Source: Antedon mediterranea (Eukaryota; Animalia; Echinodermata). From it: a DNA stretch of 64,000 bases. How positions within the stretch are numbered: the first letter of the stretch is position 1; each line of letters opens with the position of its first letter. Location: NCBI RefSeq assembly GCF_964355755.1, contig NC_092673.1, positions 31,493,648-31,557,647 of the forward strand, in the 5' to 3' direction. This document shows positions 52,845-64,000 of the stretch, one piece after another. Position numbers and translations under genes: made by a program. The notes beneath the pieces are model-generated. The model did no database searches, was not told where the DNA came from, and saw nothing but the letters and a program-made list of their open reading frames with translations.

Positions 52845-53334
52845 GGTGAAGTGTGTAGGTCTGCTTCTGAAGAAGTGGCTGTGAGGTGTAAATGTTCTTC
52901 TGAAGAAGTGGCTGTGAGGTGTGTGCTCCGTGAAGTGGCTGTGAGGTGTGTCTGGGCCCTTCTGAAACTTGGGAGTATATTGGCCCTCGGTTCATTTGCA
53001 TATGTCACTACGTAATCTGTGAGGGTAACGATTGGTCCTAAGTTGGTCCAGGGGTGTTTAAGTGGGAATGATTGATCTTATCTGAGGAGGTTACAATGAT
53101 GAATTGGCCCTGTCGAATCTCTGCTTAAAACTGTCAATATCTAATTGTTTTACGATGGGAACAGTCGCAAAGTTAAGCTAAGTGTTTTCTTTAGGGACTC
53201 TATTATAAACTAAATGGTCATTAAAACATCTGGACAAACTCTCCTCTGGACCTTCTGGGTCAAGTCTGTGAACTTATTTAAATTCCGATACAAAGGTCAA
53301 TTTCTTAAATATAAAAGTATATCGTTATATTACA
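52845..53334. repeat. LTR-like dispersed repeat, copy 2
   Basis: Direct copy of 47640-48082. Confidence 0.7.
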
Positions 53335-53723
53335 GAAGTGAACGTGAACGCTTTTTTCTGTATATTATATTCCCCGACAAAAAGTACCCGTGTTCCCTTC
53401 GGTAACCGTCGGTAAACTTCGCCTGGAAAATAACCACATTACACATTTTGGTCCCTGGATGAAACTTGATATCACGCGTCTCGACCCAACGTTGAACGAT
53501 TCGTACAAAGGGATACCGCCAGACAAGTGCGTACCTAGCTAATGTTTAGTAGTAAGCTAGATCGCTGGCAATAATGAATGCATAAAAGTGCATAATAGCC
53601 CTCTGACGTACTCTCACGGTCAATGGAACGTCGTGGTTTTCTAGGCGCTGAAGCTGTATGAAGTGAACGCGAACGTTTTTTACTGTATATGATATTCCCC
53701 GACAAAAAGTACCCGTGTTCCCC
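53335..53723. repeat. Repeat of about 325 bp (1.2 units)
   Basis: GAAGTGAACG...CCCCGACAAAAAGTACCCGTGTTCCC recurs at 53335 and 53660, and again in 57750-58331. Confidence 0.75.
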
Positions 53724-54429
53724 GAAAAGAATAGAGAAAAAAAACTATGAAATCAATATGAAAACAATAAAAAAAACAATTAGAAAAAAAATCTTGAAAA
53801 CGCTTGAGAAAAATGTTAAATGGGGAGTCTCTTTCGATTATAATATTATATAAATGATACGGTAGTATATGAATAAATTTCAGTAGAAACATTTATTTAA
53901 AACAATTATTTAGAAAAGCATTTTATTTACTACTGTTGATATCTCTTCATTTGACATCTTATATTTTTACTTTTTGGTTCATACGGCCCGACATATGAAG
54001 AAAACTTTGCTGCTGCCGAAAAAGTAAGTAAAAACTTGCTAGATATGTGAATCATATTAACGATAAAAAGTGTAGACCAGTTAACACTTTGCAAACTATG
54101 TAAAACTAGTTTTTTTGTTTGTTTGTTTGTCTTCTTGACAAACTAGGGTTGTTGTGTGTGAACTCAGCGAATGAAATGCATTTGTAGTCATGTGACTGTG
54201 CTCATGTAGAATCACATGAACACAATTACAGTCTCCCGTAAAAGTTAGTAGTTTTTTAAACTAACTTTTCCAAACGGTAGAAAACTCAGAGTTTGCAAAC
54301 AAATTTTGTGTAATGATTGCTATAGTGTGCAATGGGCTATCTTGGCATGCGAAATTTCTAGAGCTCTACAGTACTGAATAAACATGCAGGTATATATTCT
54401 TAAAGAGAATAATAGGTATAAGGTGGCCG

Positions 54430-54765
54430 GAGAAAATACAAAATGAAGATTTGTACAAAAGAACAGGAGAAATTGAGTGGAGTAAGAACGTAAAGAAAAG
54501 AAGGCTGACATGGTATGGTCACCTGCTCCGTTTAAATGAAAACACACCAGCTAAGATCGCACTCAGAGAGGCTCAGAAAAAGACCAACAGACCAAAAGGA
54601 AGACCAAAAACAACATGGATGGCAAACATAAAAAAGGAAACAGAACTTTTCACATGCGGACCTATACACATGCTTGCTCAAAAACGTACTGAGTGGCGAA
54701 CACAAGTGAGACGCGCAATGTCTAACGACGATTAGCGTTTAAGATGATGATAAATAATAATGAGT
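54430..54765 (+). mobile_element. 3' end of an RTE-clade non-LTR retrotransposon
   Basis: KRRLTWYGHLLRL...RPKGRPKTTW...LAQKRTEWR followed by a (GAT)n/(TAA)n tail. Confidence 0.75.
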
Positions 54766-54797
54766 AATATGGCTGGTCTAAATACATTATTTCAAAC

Positions 54798-56804
54798 CTT
54801 TTTTTTCGTCAAACGATGGAAGTCTTTGAGAAAGTAGACGGCTTCATCAACAGCAAGCAATCCAACTCGACTCTGAGGTTCAGCAATGATTGTAAACTGA
54901 ACAACATCACCGGGTGACCGAGTAGCATCGTCTGGTCTCACAATTAGCTGAAAAATTAAGTATAAATATTCATAATCAACATTATTTTCTCCGTACCAAT
55001 ATTTCTTAATTTACAAATCTGTTCATTAGAATCAGCAAAACGCAATAAATAAATAAAAATAAAATAATAATTTGTAGCAAGTTTTTCACTGTCGAGCTAT
55101 GTGTGTAGTCGATTGGATTAGACTATGGACTATACATGTCGATGTATTGGGTTTGAATCCCATGAGCACTTCTTTTTACTTTATAGTGAGATAAAGATTA
55201 TTTAGAGAGTTAGGTTTAGTTATACTTAGGATTCGGCTATCTTTCACATAAGGGGTCTAACTTTTAACTTATGTACGAAAAAAAAAGTCGCAGGCGCGCC
55301 TATCTTGTGATACTTTCCTTCTTTCTATCGTAGGAAACAATGCTTAGGCAAGTTCTTATACATAGGTCATTGACCCGAATACAGCAATATAAGCACAAAA
55401 AAAGTATGTGTGCGTGAAATATGCTTTCTCTTTTTATAAGCAAAGTAAATGAACGTAGCAAGGTTAGAATATGTTTTACTTGAAATTAATAAAATAAATT
55501 GTTCAACAGAAGGGAATTTAAAGTAAAAAGATGGAAGTTGTTGTTTTCTTAAATATTAATTAATTACATACGCATAGTATCCTGTATTACTGAATTTTCC
55601 TATGATAACGGAAAAGTACTGTCGTATGTGGAGAAACAGCAATTAGAATCAAGTGGTCGCAACGTAGTCACGTATAAGTATATTTAGGCCTAACTATGTA
55701 ACTTTTGTTTTGTGCATGTTGCATTTATTTTATTTTATAAGTATTCCTTTTTGGGTATATTACCTGAGATTGGCATTCATCAACAATGTCCAACAAAATG
55801 GAGTCTGCAACAATTTCATCGCCAACAAATGAAAATATAACAAGTCTTGCACTTGGAGCCATGTCTTTCGTTATGCCGATTCGGATTGTTTTCTGAGCTC
55901 CAAGATTAGAATTTAAGTCTGTGTAAGTTTGCACGATTTTTCCGCGTACTATAACCTGCAAATAACAAAGCAGGGTTGGGAATTTAAAATAACAGCACTA
56001 TAGCACTAATCCACTTTATTTTCCATATAGAAAACTAAAATTGGCCAAATCGTCATTTGTTAAAGATAATTGTCCCCCTGAAAAAATAATTCTTTAAAAA
56101 AATTGTGTTGAATATGCCATCTTAATGTCCCATAACTTTGACCAAAAATTGGATAAAAAAAATGATATCTGAAAAAACTGTAATTTAAAGCAAAAAAATA
56201 GTCAAATTTGCTGCCATCCCATGGGGTTTTCGTTGAATTTAACCGTTTGTTTTGTCATTTCATAAGTGAAAACACTATTTTTTTCCATTTTGTTTTCTAT
56301 GGAAGTGATTAATTTTATTAAAACTACAAAATAACCTATTCAAAGTCTGGTTTAATTAAAACTTAGTGATCATATTACACAAAAGAAAACAATTACTAAA
56401 AAATTACTTACAAAATAGCTAATACCAAATACATCGACAGTGCCAGACTTCACTACTTCTGCTTCGTAATTTTCTATAACCTAAATTGAGAAGAAAAGAA
56501 TTATAAAAATAAGAAACAAAAAGCCTACCCTCTCCTTCCCTTTGGTATGCAAATGTCATCTCGAAAAGAATCCCATGAGCTTTTTTTCTAGACAGTACAT
56601 TTAATACTGTATAACGAATGTAGGCTCATGTTATACGGTGATGGATCTCTAGTTTGTTTATTTACTATCTCTATGGTTTACCTGAATTTCACCAGCAGGT
56701 ACACGAATTTGCAAATACGCACCGCTTGGGCTGTCGATGGGATAGACCGTAAATGTGTACACACCGTTAGACTCATCTGGATAATTATTATCCAGTGTTT
56801 TGAT
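54798..56804 (-). pseudogene. Orphan four-exon fragment of a complement C3-like thioester protein (end of MG4, MG5, first half of MG6)
   Basis: Phase-0 exons 56682-56804 (IKTLDNNYPDESNGVYTFTVYPIDSPSGAYLQIRV), 56412-56480, 55764-55955 (VRGKIV, ITKDMAPSARLVIF, EIVADSILLDIVDEC), 54798-54947 (SRVGLLAVDEAVYFLKDFHRLTKKK); 178 aa with no stops. No flanking exons found on either side. Confidence 0.75.
55103..55280 (+). mobile_element. tRNA-derived SINE (related to 34600-34752)
   Basis: TAGTCGATTGGATTAGACTATGGAC...GGGTTTGAATCCCATGAGC...CGGCTATCTTTCACAT. Confidence 0.6.
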
Positions 56805-56875
56805 CTGAAATGCAATCAAGAATAGACTAGTCATAACAAAATAGGGTTACTTAACTGCTACTTGTTGGAGTGGAG

Positions 56876-58382
56876 CAGGGGTGGCGCCAGCATCTTCCCG
56901 ACGCGGGGGCTACATTCCCCGACGAGGGGGCTATACGAGCGAAGTGAGCATCACTAGGCTGGGGGCCAGGGCCCCGCCAAGGGCCCCCGGTGGGGGCCCA
57001 GGGGCGAAGCCCCCGGAAGCAACGCGTTCTAGCGTCATTTGAGGTCTTTTTAATCACATTTAGGGTAGCCATTTTTTCCATTTTTTATAATGCATAAATA
57101 AAATACTGCGTGCAAAAAAACGATGCGCGATGACTGTTTCAACAATCCATATTTTTCAAGTTCAAAGAAAATTTAGAAAAATAGAGTTGGAGGTCCCGGA
57201 AATTGGACTTATTATACATCAAAACATGAAAAAAAAGTCCCTATCATGGTTGTGACTGAGCTAAGAAATGTTTGAAAAATAGAGATGTTAGGTTCCGGAA
57301 AATGTACTTCTTGTTCTTCGAAATATGACCAGCTTTATTGTTGGGGCTGAGCTAAGAAAATGTTTAAAACTAGAGCTGCATGTCTTCAAAAAATTACATT
57401 TTATACTTTGGAAACATCAGGCCTAGAGGCTTAAAAAACGCAAGCGTAGACCTTTTTCAGTCGGGGAAATAAGTTTATTCCTCCCAGGTGTATGCATGCG
57501 TACCATCTGGACTTCCGAGTGGTGAGAAATTCATGACATACAGGACATTGAAAATGTAATAACTTAGCTATAATAAGATGTTGGCTAAGCGAAAATGGCA
57601 TGTTTTTTTGTTTAGTAATGGATGAAAAATTTATTTTAGGTGCCCCACGGTAGAGAAGGTTACTTGTAAATTAAAAAATTGGTGAATATACGAACAATTA
57701 ACATAATTCGTTTTTGCTGTAGTGTAGCGTACGTCGACGCAGTACACGACGTAACCGTCAGTAAACTTCGCCTGGAAAATAACTACAGTACACATTTTTG
57801 GTCCCTGGATGGAACATGATATCACGCGATCGACCCAACGTTGAACGATTCGTACAAAGGGATACCGCCAGACAAGTGCGAACCTAACTATTGTTTAGTA
57901 GTAAGTTAGATCGCTGGCAATAATGGATGCGTATAAAGTGCATAATATCACTCTGACGTACTCTCACGGTCAATGAAACGTCGCGGTTTTCTAGGCGCTG
58001 AAGCTAGCTACGAAGTGAACGCGAACGCTTTTTACTGTATATTATATTCCCCGACAAAAAGTACCCGTGTTCCCTTCGGTAACCGTCGATAAACTTCGCC
58101 TGGAAAATAATTACACATTTTGGTCCCTGGATGGAACTTGATATCACGCGTCTCGACCCCCAACGTTGAACGATTCGTACAAAGGGATACCGCCAGACAA
58201 GTGCGAACCTAACTATTGTTTAGTAGTAAGTTAGATCGCTGGCAATAATGAATGCATAAAAGTGCATATCAGCCCTCTGACGTACTCTCACGGTCAATTG
58301 AACGTCGTGGTTTTCTAGGCGCTGAAGCTATAGGCCTATGAAGAGCCCCCGTAGCCCCCCCCCCCCCCTGGCACCACCACTG
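56876..58382. mobile_element. hAT-like non-autonomous element with GC-rich ends
   Basis: Termini CAGGGGTGGCGCCAG and CTGGCACCACCACTG; no convincing TSD; contains copies of the 325-bp repeat. Confidence 0.5.
57750..58331. repeat. Repeat of about 325 bp (1.8 units)
   Basis: Same unit and orientation as 53335-53723. Confidence 0.75.
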
Positions 58383-59807
58383 GTTGTAGGCCTATGCAAG
58401 CAGCCTACCTTTAGCTATCTAATAATATTAAATATAACAATTCACAATATCATTCTCATTACAAACATAATATTCAATTTTAATATCAAGACGATAAAAG
58501 AATTAAGAAGAATATCAAATATGTGATGTATTCCATGATTTATATTAAGTTAAGAATTAACCCCATTACCATATTATCTAAAACCCGTTTTTTTGTTCTG
58601 TATTGACAATGAAACAATGGGCCTAAGTTCAAACAAGAAGAAAACGGTGTGTAATATTGGAAAGTGAATTTACACTCTTCTTTTTTGGATTATACATATT
58701 ATAATAACAACTTAGCAACATTTAATAGATCTTAAACATTTTTATACAATTATGATTTTTTATTTTACTGTTTGCCATTATTTAAATTTTAAAATTTGGT
58801 TCTCATTAAAACATAACGCAAGGACGTAGACGCAAATTATGTGAATTGGCCAATGGCAACCGATAATAATCCATTGCTTGTGATTGGTCAAATTGCGCTT
58901 CTTTCCTTGCGATGCGTTCCAGTGGGAACTTTATAGGCCTAATAATCAAATTAAAGTTACTCTGGGATTTTAAAATACTTTAGAGGTACACAAATACAAA
59001 ACACAACAAATGAATGTTCATTAATGAAAATTTATATATTTTTTTATAAACACTAGTAAGATTAAACAGGCGCGCCAATTTGTATTAAATATTTTTTTAG
59101 CATTATGACACATTTTGTCTTTTTACTGCTAGCTGTAATATTTCGTCCAGTTGGAAAAGGACTTTCCGATTCACGGGTCTGCCCAACAAAGGCAGCTGAC
59201 TAGTTGAGCTATTTTAGCGTGGAAACAACCTTTTCAAAAGAGCAATACGACATAATCTGGTTTTCATGATTTGTTAATGGCTTTAAACTTGTTGAGGTCA
59301 ATAACTAAAGTTTAAAAATGACTTATTGATTAACAAAAATACTCCAATACTTAATTGCACCTTTTAAATGTTTATTCAATACATTTTCAGAACCTTTTGA
59401 ATTTATTCTGGCATGATCTTTCTTTCCAGCTAAATTTTATATTATGTTCTCCAACTCCAATGGAGTTCCAATATTATGTTCTCCATCCATGGCACTAAGA
59501 GGGTTTTAACATCATTCTCCACACTATTTCCATCCTATTCTCTGTACTGTATCTCCACATACAGTATGGTATTATGTTCAGTATCATAGGCAAATTCAGT
59601 GTCACAAGTATCACATGTGACGCCTGGATTATATGGCCTAGGATACCGATCTCACATGTGATACAACATGTGACACTGTATTACAGAATTTTCCTATTTA
59701 TACTGGACAAATTATAGATACAGCAGCATGGAGAATCTATTACTTCCCCAGCCTAAATTCGTCTAGGAGAGTGAATATATCCAACCCCAATCTCATTCTT
59801 GAGTTTT

Positions 59808-62800
59808 TTAGTCTACTTTTGTAGATATAAAATCTTCTGCTGCTGTAACTATTTCAGTAATTGAGACCTTAAGTTGTCCGTGGAATATACTTAATGATTC
59901 TGAACCACCGCCCTTGCCGTTGATAACGCGATTGACGATGAGACCCCACTCATCTGCTTTCACAACTTTGTTCAATTCCTGTAGAAAAAAATATAGTGAA
60001 TTTCGTTTTATTTCTGCACCAGTTTAAGTAGTTTATGCACCAGTTTGTATACTTTAGTTGTAAAATGAAGTTTTGCAAGATTGTAATTATGTATTTGTCA
60101 TTAAACGGCTGGTTTTATTCCTTTTATAGAACTTTCTAGCATGGTTAGGGCCTTAACTTCAAACTCACAGCAAAATGTATCACATCAATTGATATTTTTC
60201 TTTAAATTACATTTTTCAGGTAAATAACTAACAATTATTTGTCAAATTGAATAACTATTTTGATTTAAAACAAATTATTTTTTTCAGGGGGGACAATACT
60301 TCTTTAATGGAGAATATAACATGCATTTCGGAATAAAAATTATAAAATATGACAAAAATAGGAAAATACCTTTGGTACTACAGAGAAGCAGTGAATGTTT
60401 TCATTGTCCACAGATAATAACATTACAGCAATATCTGGCTTTTGCTTGCTAACTTTCTTTACAATTTCTTTTAGTAACTTTAAAACAAGACAGTTTAATT
60501 ATTATAAAATAAGTGGGAGAACAAAATTAGACTATTGAAAAAGACAAGTTTGGACTTTTTGTTATAGTATTTTGTTCTTTTAAAGTTTAGTTTATTGGTC
60601 TATCTACACTATCAAACTTTATGGGACAACAAAATGTGATGTGCCCATATATGGACATGATGGACATCGTTTTACTACCATATTTTGGAATATCAATATA
60701 CATCAAACTTTTTTTGTGAAACTTGATAGTATAGACCAATTGACATTTATATTTTGTCAATATAAGTACAGTGATGAAAAGAAAGTAAAAATATACCAAG
60801 CCTACTTACTATTTTGTCATTACTAATATCACTAAGCTGGTGGATGTGGTACCTTTTAGGCCTGTTTGAATCAATTGATTGTACTATTTGACGAGCAAAC
60901 TAAACAACAACAAAATTAATATTTATATATAGCAGAAAAGGGGACACTAACAGGGACCAAACAAATACCCCTTTCTTTCACATTGGCTAGTAAAACTGTG
61001 AAGTTTACACACACCGGTGTGCACATCATACACAATGCTCATGTCACTCCTGAATAGGGCTTTGACGGAGTGTTAAAACATTATTGCCTATCGTTCGTTT
61101 TATGAGGAAGAACTTCACCTTAATAGGATTGTCTCTTGAATTGAGTTGTCCCAAAGGAGGGGTTCCACTGTGTAAATATTCTGCAGTTTTTAAGGATGTT
61201 CAGATGCTAGTAATGGTTTCTTACCCAGTGACAGTCTAAAGCTCAACACTATCAAACTTTATGTGACAAACAAATTTGATGTGCCCATATATGGACATGA
61301 TGTCATACCAATATACCATATTTGGGTACATCACACTTTTTTGTCGTCGGTTGATAGTGTAGACATAACTTTACACCAATCAGGTTTTTTTTAATAGTAC
61401 TATATCAATTGTTAATATTCTACAATTTAATTTTAAAATAAAATCTTTATTAATTTGTTTTATGAATCTATAGAATTCTAACCTCATCAACTTGTAATGT
61501 GAAAGATTTCTTTATAGCTTTATTAACTTTTTCTTTACATTCTAATATTTCCTGTCTTAATTCCATCTTTGATACGAGGCACATCAACGTTTTATCGACA
61601 CTTTTCGCAAGTGAGTCAAGTTCATGTAAAAGTCTTGGTGAGTCTACTACCTATGATAAAAAACAACAAAATGCCCAAAATATGACTCATATGACGGAGT
61701 GTATCCTAGTTCCTAGTAAAAGGGTGAGCTATTTTTTAAACTTTAGGTGAACTTGATGTCAGCCCCATTATACAGTTTAGTTATAAACAATAGGATACCT
61801 TGTAGGTAAAATGAATTATATAGGTAGTAGCCAACATATCTATAACTTAATTTTTTTTAGGATGTGCCATAGAATGTATCTTTTGGTTATATTAAAGTAT
61901 ATATTGCACTTCCAGTAGATAACACCCAATAGAAAACCACTTACAGTACCTTCTTAGAGTTATGTTGATTGGTTAAATACACAGATACACAGTAGTTACA
62001 GGTATGCCCCTATTGGTCAATAGTCTTAAATATCTGGTGTTATAGGTATATTGGTTAGTTTACTAATTATTGGTTTGAAAAAAAGAATATTTCCAATATA
62101 CTTATACCTACAAACCAGATGAACATTTTCAATCATCTGGTGTCATAATTTGAACTGATTACAGGATAACAATTGAAATTAAAATATTGTTCAGGGGTAG
62201 CTGTCCAGGGGTAGCTGTCCAGGGGTAATTCTCCAGGGGTAGCTGTCCAGAGTTAATTGTCCAGCATTTTTATATTTCATGCTATTAGTTAGTCCAGCAC
62301 CTTGTTTTGCATTTGTTCTACTTCTTCTTTTCGTTTATTTCCATTACATTCTACCTCCTCTGCTAATTCACCAGTTACTGCTTCCAGTCTTCTTACTCCA
62401 CTACTGAACGCTTTCTGAGATGTTATAATGAACTTCTTGATCTCACTTGTATTTTCGACATGGCTGTTGGTTACAAAAGAATACATTTATCTTGTTGTAA
62501 TAGTATACACGCCACAAAAATAGATACTATTGGATTGGTTCAAAATGTTGTGGTTTACAGAATGTATGTTAAATTCCAGAATGTATTCTAAATTCAGTAT
62601 TATTTTGGGACATGCCTATATGCAGGTGATACTTTCCTGTGAAATGAACGAGGGGAAATACTGAAGGGAAGGGAACTACTAACCCCTATTAAGGTTCTGT
62701 AGGTGTCCAGTTAGGGAAGAATTATAATTCGTGTTTCTGTGCTATGGAGAAATCAAAAGCAAACATACAAACCAAAGATTTTGTAAGAGGTTGACAATGG

Positions 62801-63962
62801 GAAAAAGGATATTCTTGTTTTGTATTTTGTTTCTTCTAAAAATCAAAGATACTTACGTTCCTCCACATAATTCCACTGAACTTTGACCTGCACAATTACC
62901 ACTAAGTAATTCATTGACTTTTTTACCAAATGTTACCACTCTAACATCATCGCCATAGGCCTCTCCAAATGCTGCTTGAAGGTTAGGAATTGTGTATGCA
63001 GTGTTGAGCGGTACATGAGATGTATCTTGTGGAAGGGCTTCTTGTATTAAATTGTTTACAATGTCAAAAATCCTTTGCAAATCGTTCATGTTTAGTGGAT
63101 CCTATATTTAAACATAATAATAAACTATTTATAAAATAACTCCCATGGACTATGCAGTGTACATTCATCACCTGCAATAATTGTTTTCACCAGCAGAGAG
63201 CGAAAGCTATAAACTTTGCCTAGTTCGGTTTAGGCCAACGTTTTGTAGACAAACCATGACCTTCCGGATCTGGCAAGCAATGAAGCGTGACAATTGCGTT
63301 CGGGAATATACTGTAGCTGCATCTAAAACGTGAGGCAAATTTTTCATAATTATAGAGGGCCTACTTTATAATTACCATCAAACTTCAATTTAATCACTTT
63401 CACTATTTGTTATCAATAGAAAAAGGTAACATTAGACCTAAATAACCTCCTAAGGCTCCCAAATGATTTCAGTAGCTAATCAAGACGATTTTTAAAATGA
63501 TGGATGATAATTCCATTAGTACTACCCTTTTATTTCAAGATAATTTCCAAGTGATGAATCATCTTGTTTGTATTTCAGGGTTAATTAGTCCTTTTACAAA
63601 CATTGTTTAACAGGTGTCCAATAAATATTTCACCACAGCACTAAAATGTATACAAAATAACCCTGCAATATTGATTAAACTATTTTCTAAATTAAAATTT
63701 AAATAGTTTAGAATTTGTTTTTCTCTCATTTAAGTGATTAATCTATCAATTTAACATTTATTAATTACAAGATAATTAGTAAAGGTCATTTATTGATATT
63801 CATTAATTCGACTAAGTATTTTACCATAGCACTAAAGTTAAAACGTAGCTTGTCTGAAGCGACCAATGAACCCTTCTGACTGGTATCTGGTATGACCTTT
63901 TGGAGGGCAAAGTTCAACAGATGCGTAGCACTGTGGTTCCTCATTACCTTGGTTCTGTGATC
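59808..63962 (-). CDS. AARS2: Alanyl-tRNA synthetase, editing domain plus C-Ala; probably the mitochondrial enzyme; 5' part lies right of the window
   Basis: Exons 63825-63962 ([27 protein letters not shown]), 62857-63101 ([20 protein letters not shown]), 62301-62463 ([14 protein letters not shown]; donor position uncertain), 61483-61650, 60810-60899, 60370-60477, 59808-59978 (ADEW, NGKGGGS, TAA). The mitochondrial assignment is inferred from the short, divergent C-terminal region. Confidence 0.85.
60597..60737. mobile_element. MITE family A copy
   Basis: TCTACACTATCAAAC and TTGATAGTATAGAC termini. Confidence 0.7.
61240..61370. mobile_element. MITE family A copy
   Basis: ACACTATCAAACTTTATGTGAC and TTGATAGTGTAGAC termini. 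Confidence 0.7.
62192..62264. repeat. 14-15 bp minisatellite (CAGGGGTAGCTGTC)
   Basis: About five units. Confidence 0.8.
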
Positions 63963-64000
63963 CTAAATACAGAATTTAAAAAAAAAAAAAAATATAATTA

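Noticed and set aside
52622-53008. 128-aa ORF with HLTATS repeats
   Set aside because: Arises from 27-30 bp subrepeats of the LTR-like repeat.
56851-57081. GC-rich 76-aa ORF
   Set aside because: Terminal sequence of a hAT-like repeat.
58570-58622. Possible upstream exon for the C3 fragment ending ATG|GTAATG
   Set aside because: No C3 similarity or signal peptide; indistinguishable from chance.

Overview
AT-rich, intron-containing animal genomic DNA, probably an invertebrate deuterostome such as an echinoderm (inferred from gene content and repeat style, not proven). Six gene models were built by reading splice sites and phases by hand: (1) Abl tyrosine kinase, minus strand, 3' end outside the window, with a myristoylated MGQTPSK first coding exon and a candidate alternative first exon; (2) SPOUT1/C9orf114 methyltransferase, minus, complete; (3) pappalysin (PAPP-A family metzincin), plus, 18 exons, complete; (4) a 143-aa secreted protein made of a signal peptide plus an anaphylatoxin-like Cys module, minus, with its own TATA promoter; (5) an orphan four-exon, fully open fragment of a complement C3-like thioester protein, minus; (6) the 3' part of an alanyl-tRNA synthetase, probably mitochondrial AARS2, minus. 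Human homologues of these genes map to the MHC paralogons (9q33-34, 1q25, 6p21, 19p13). Introns and intergenic DNA contain many MITEs, a Helentron-type element, SINE and LINE remnants, minisatellites, and a Penelope-type inverted repeat carrying a minimal hammerhead ribozyme. The most novel-looking items are the stand-alone anaphylatoxin-like gene next to the C3 fragment, and the triplicated and inverted pappalysin promoter/exon 1 region. No database searches were possible, so all family calls rest on motif recognition.
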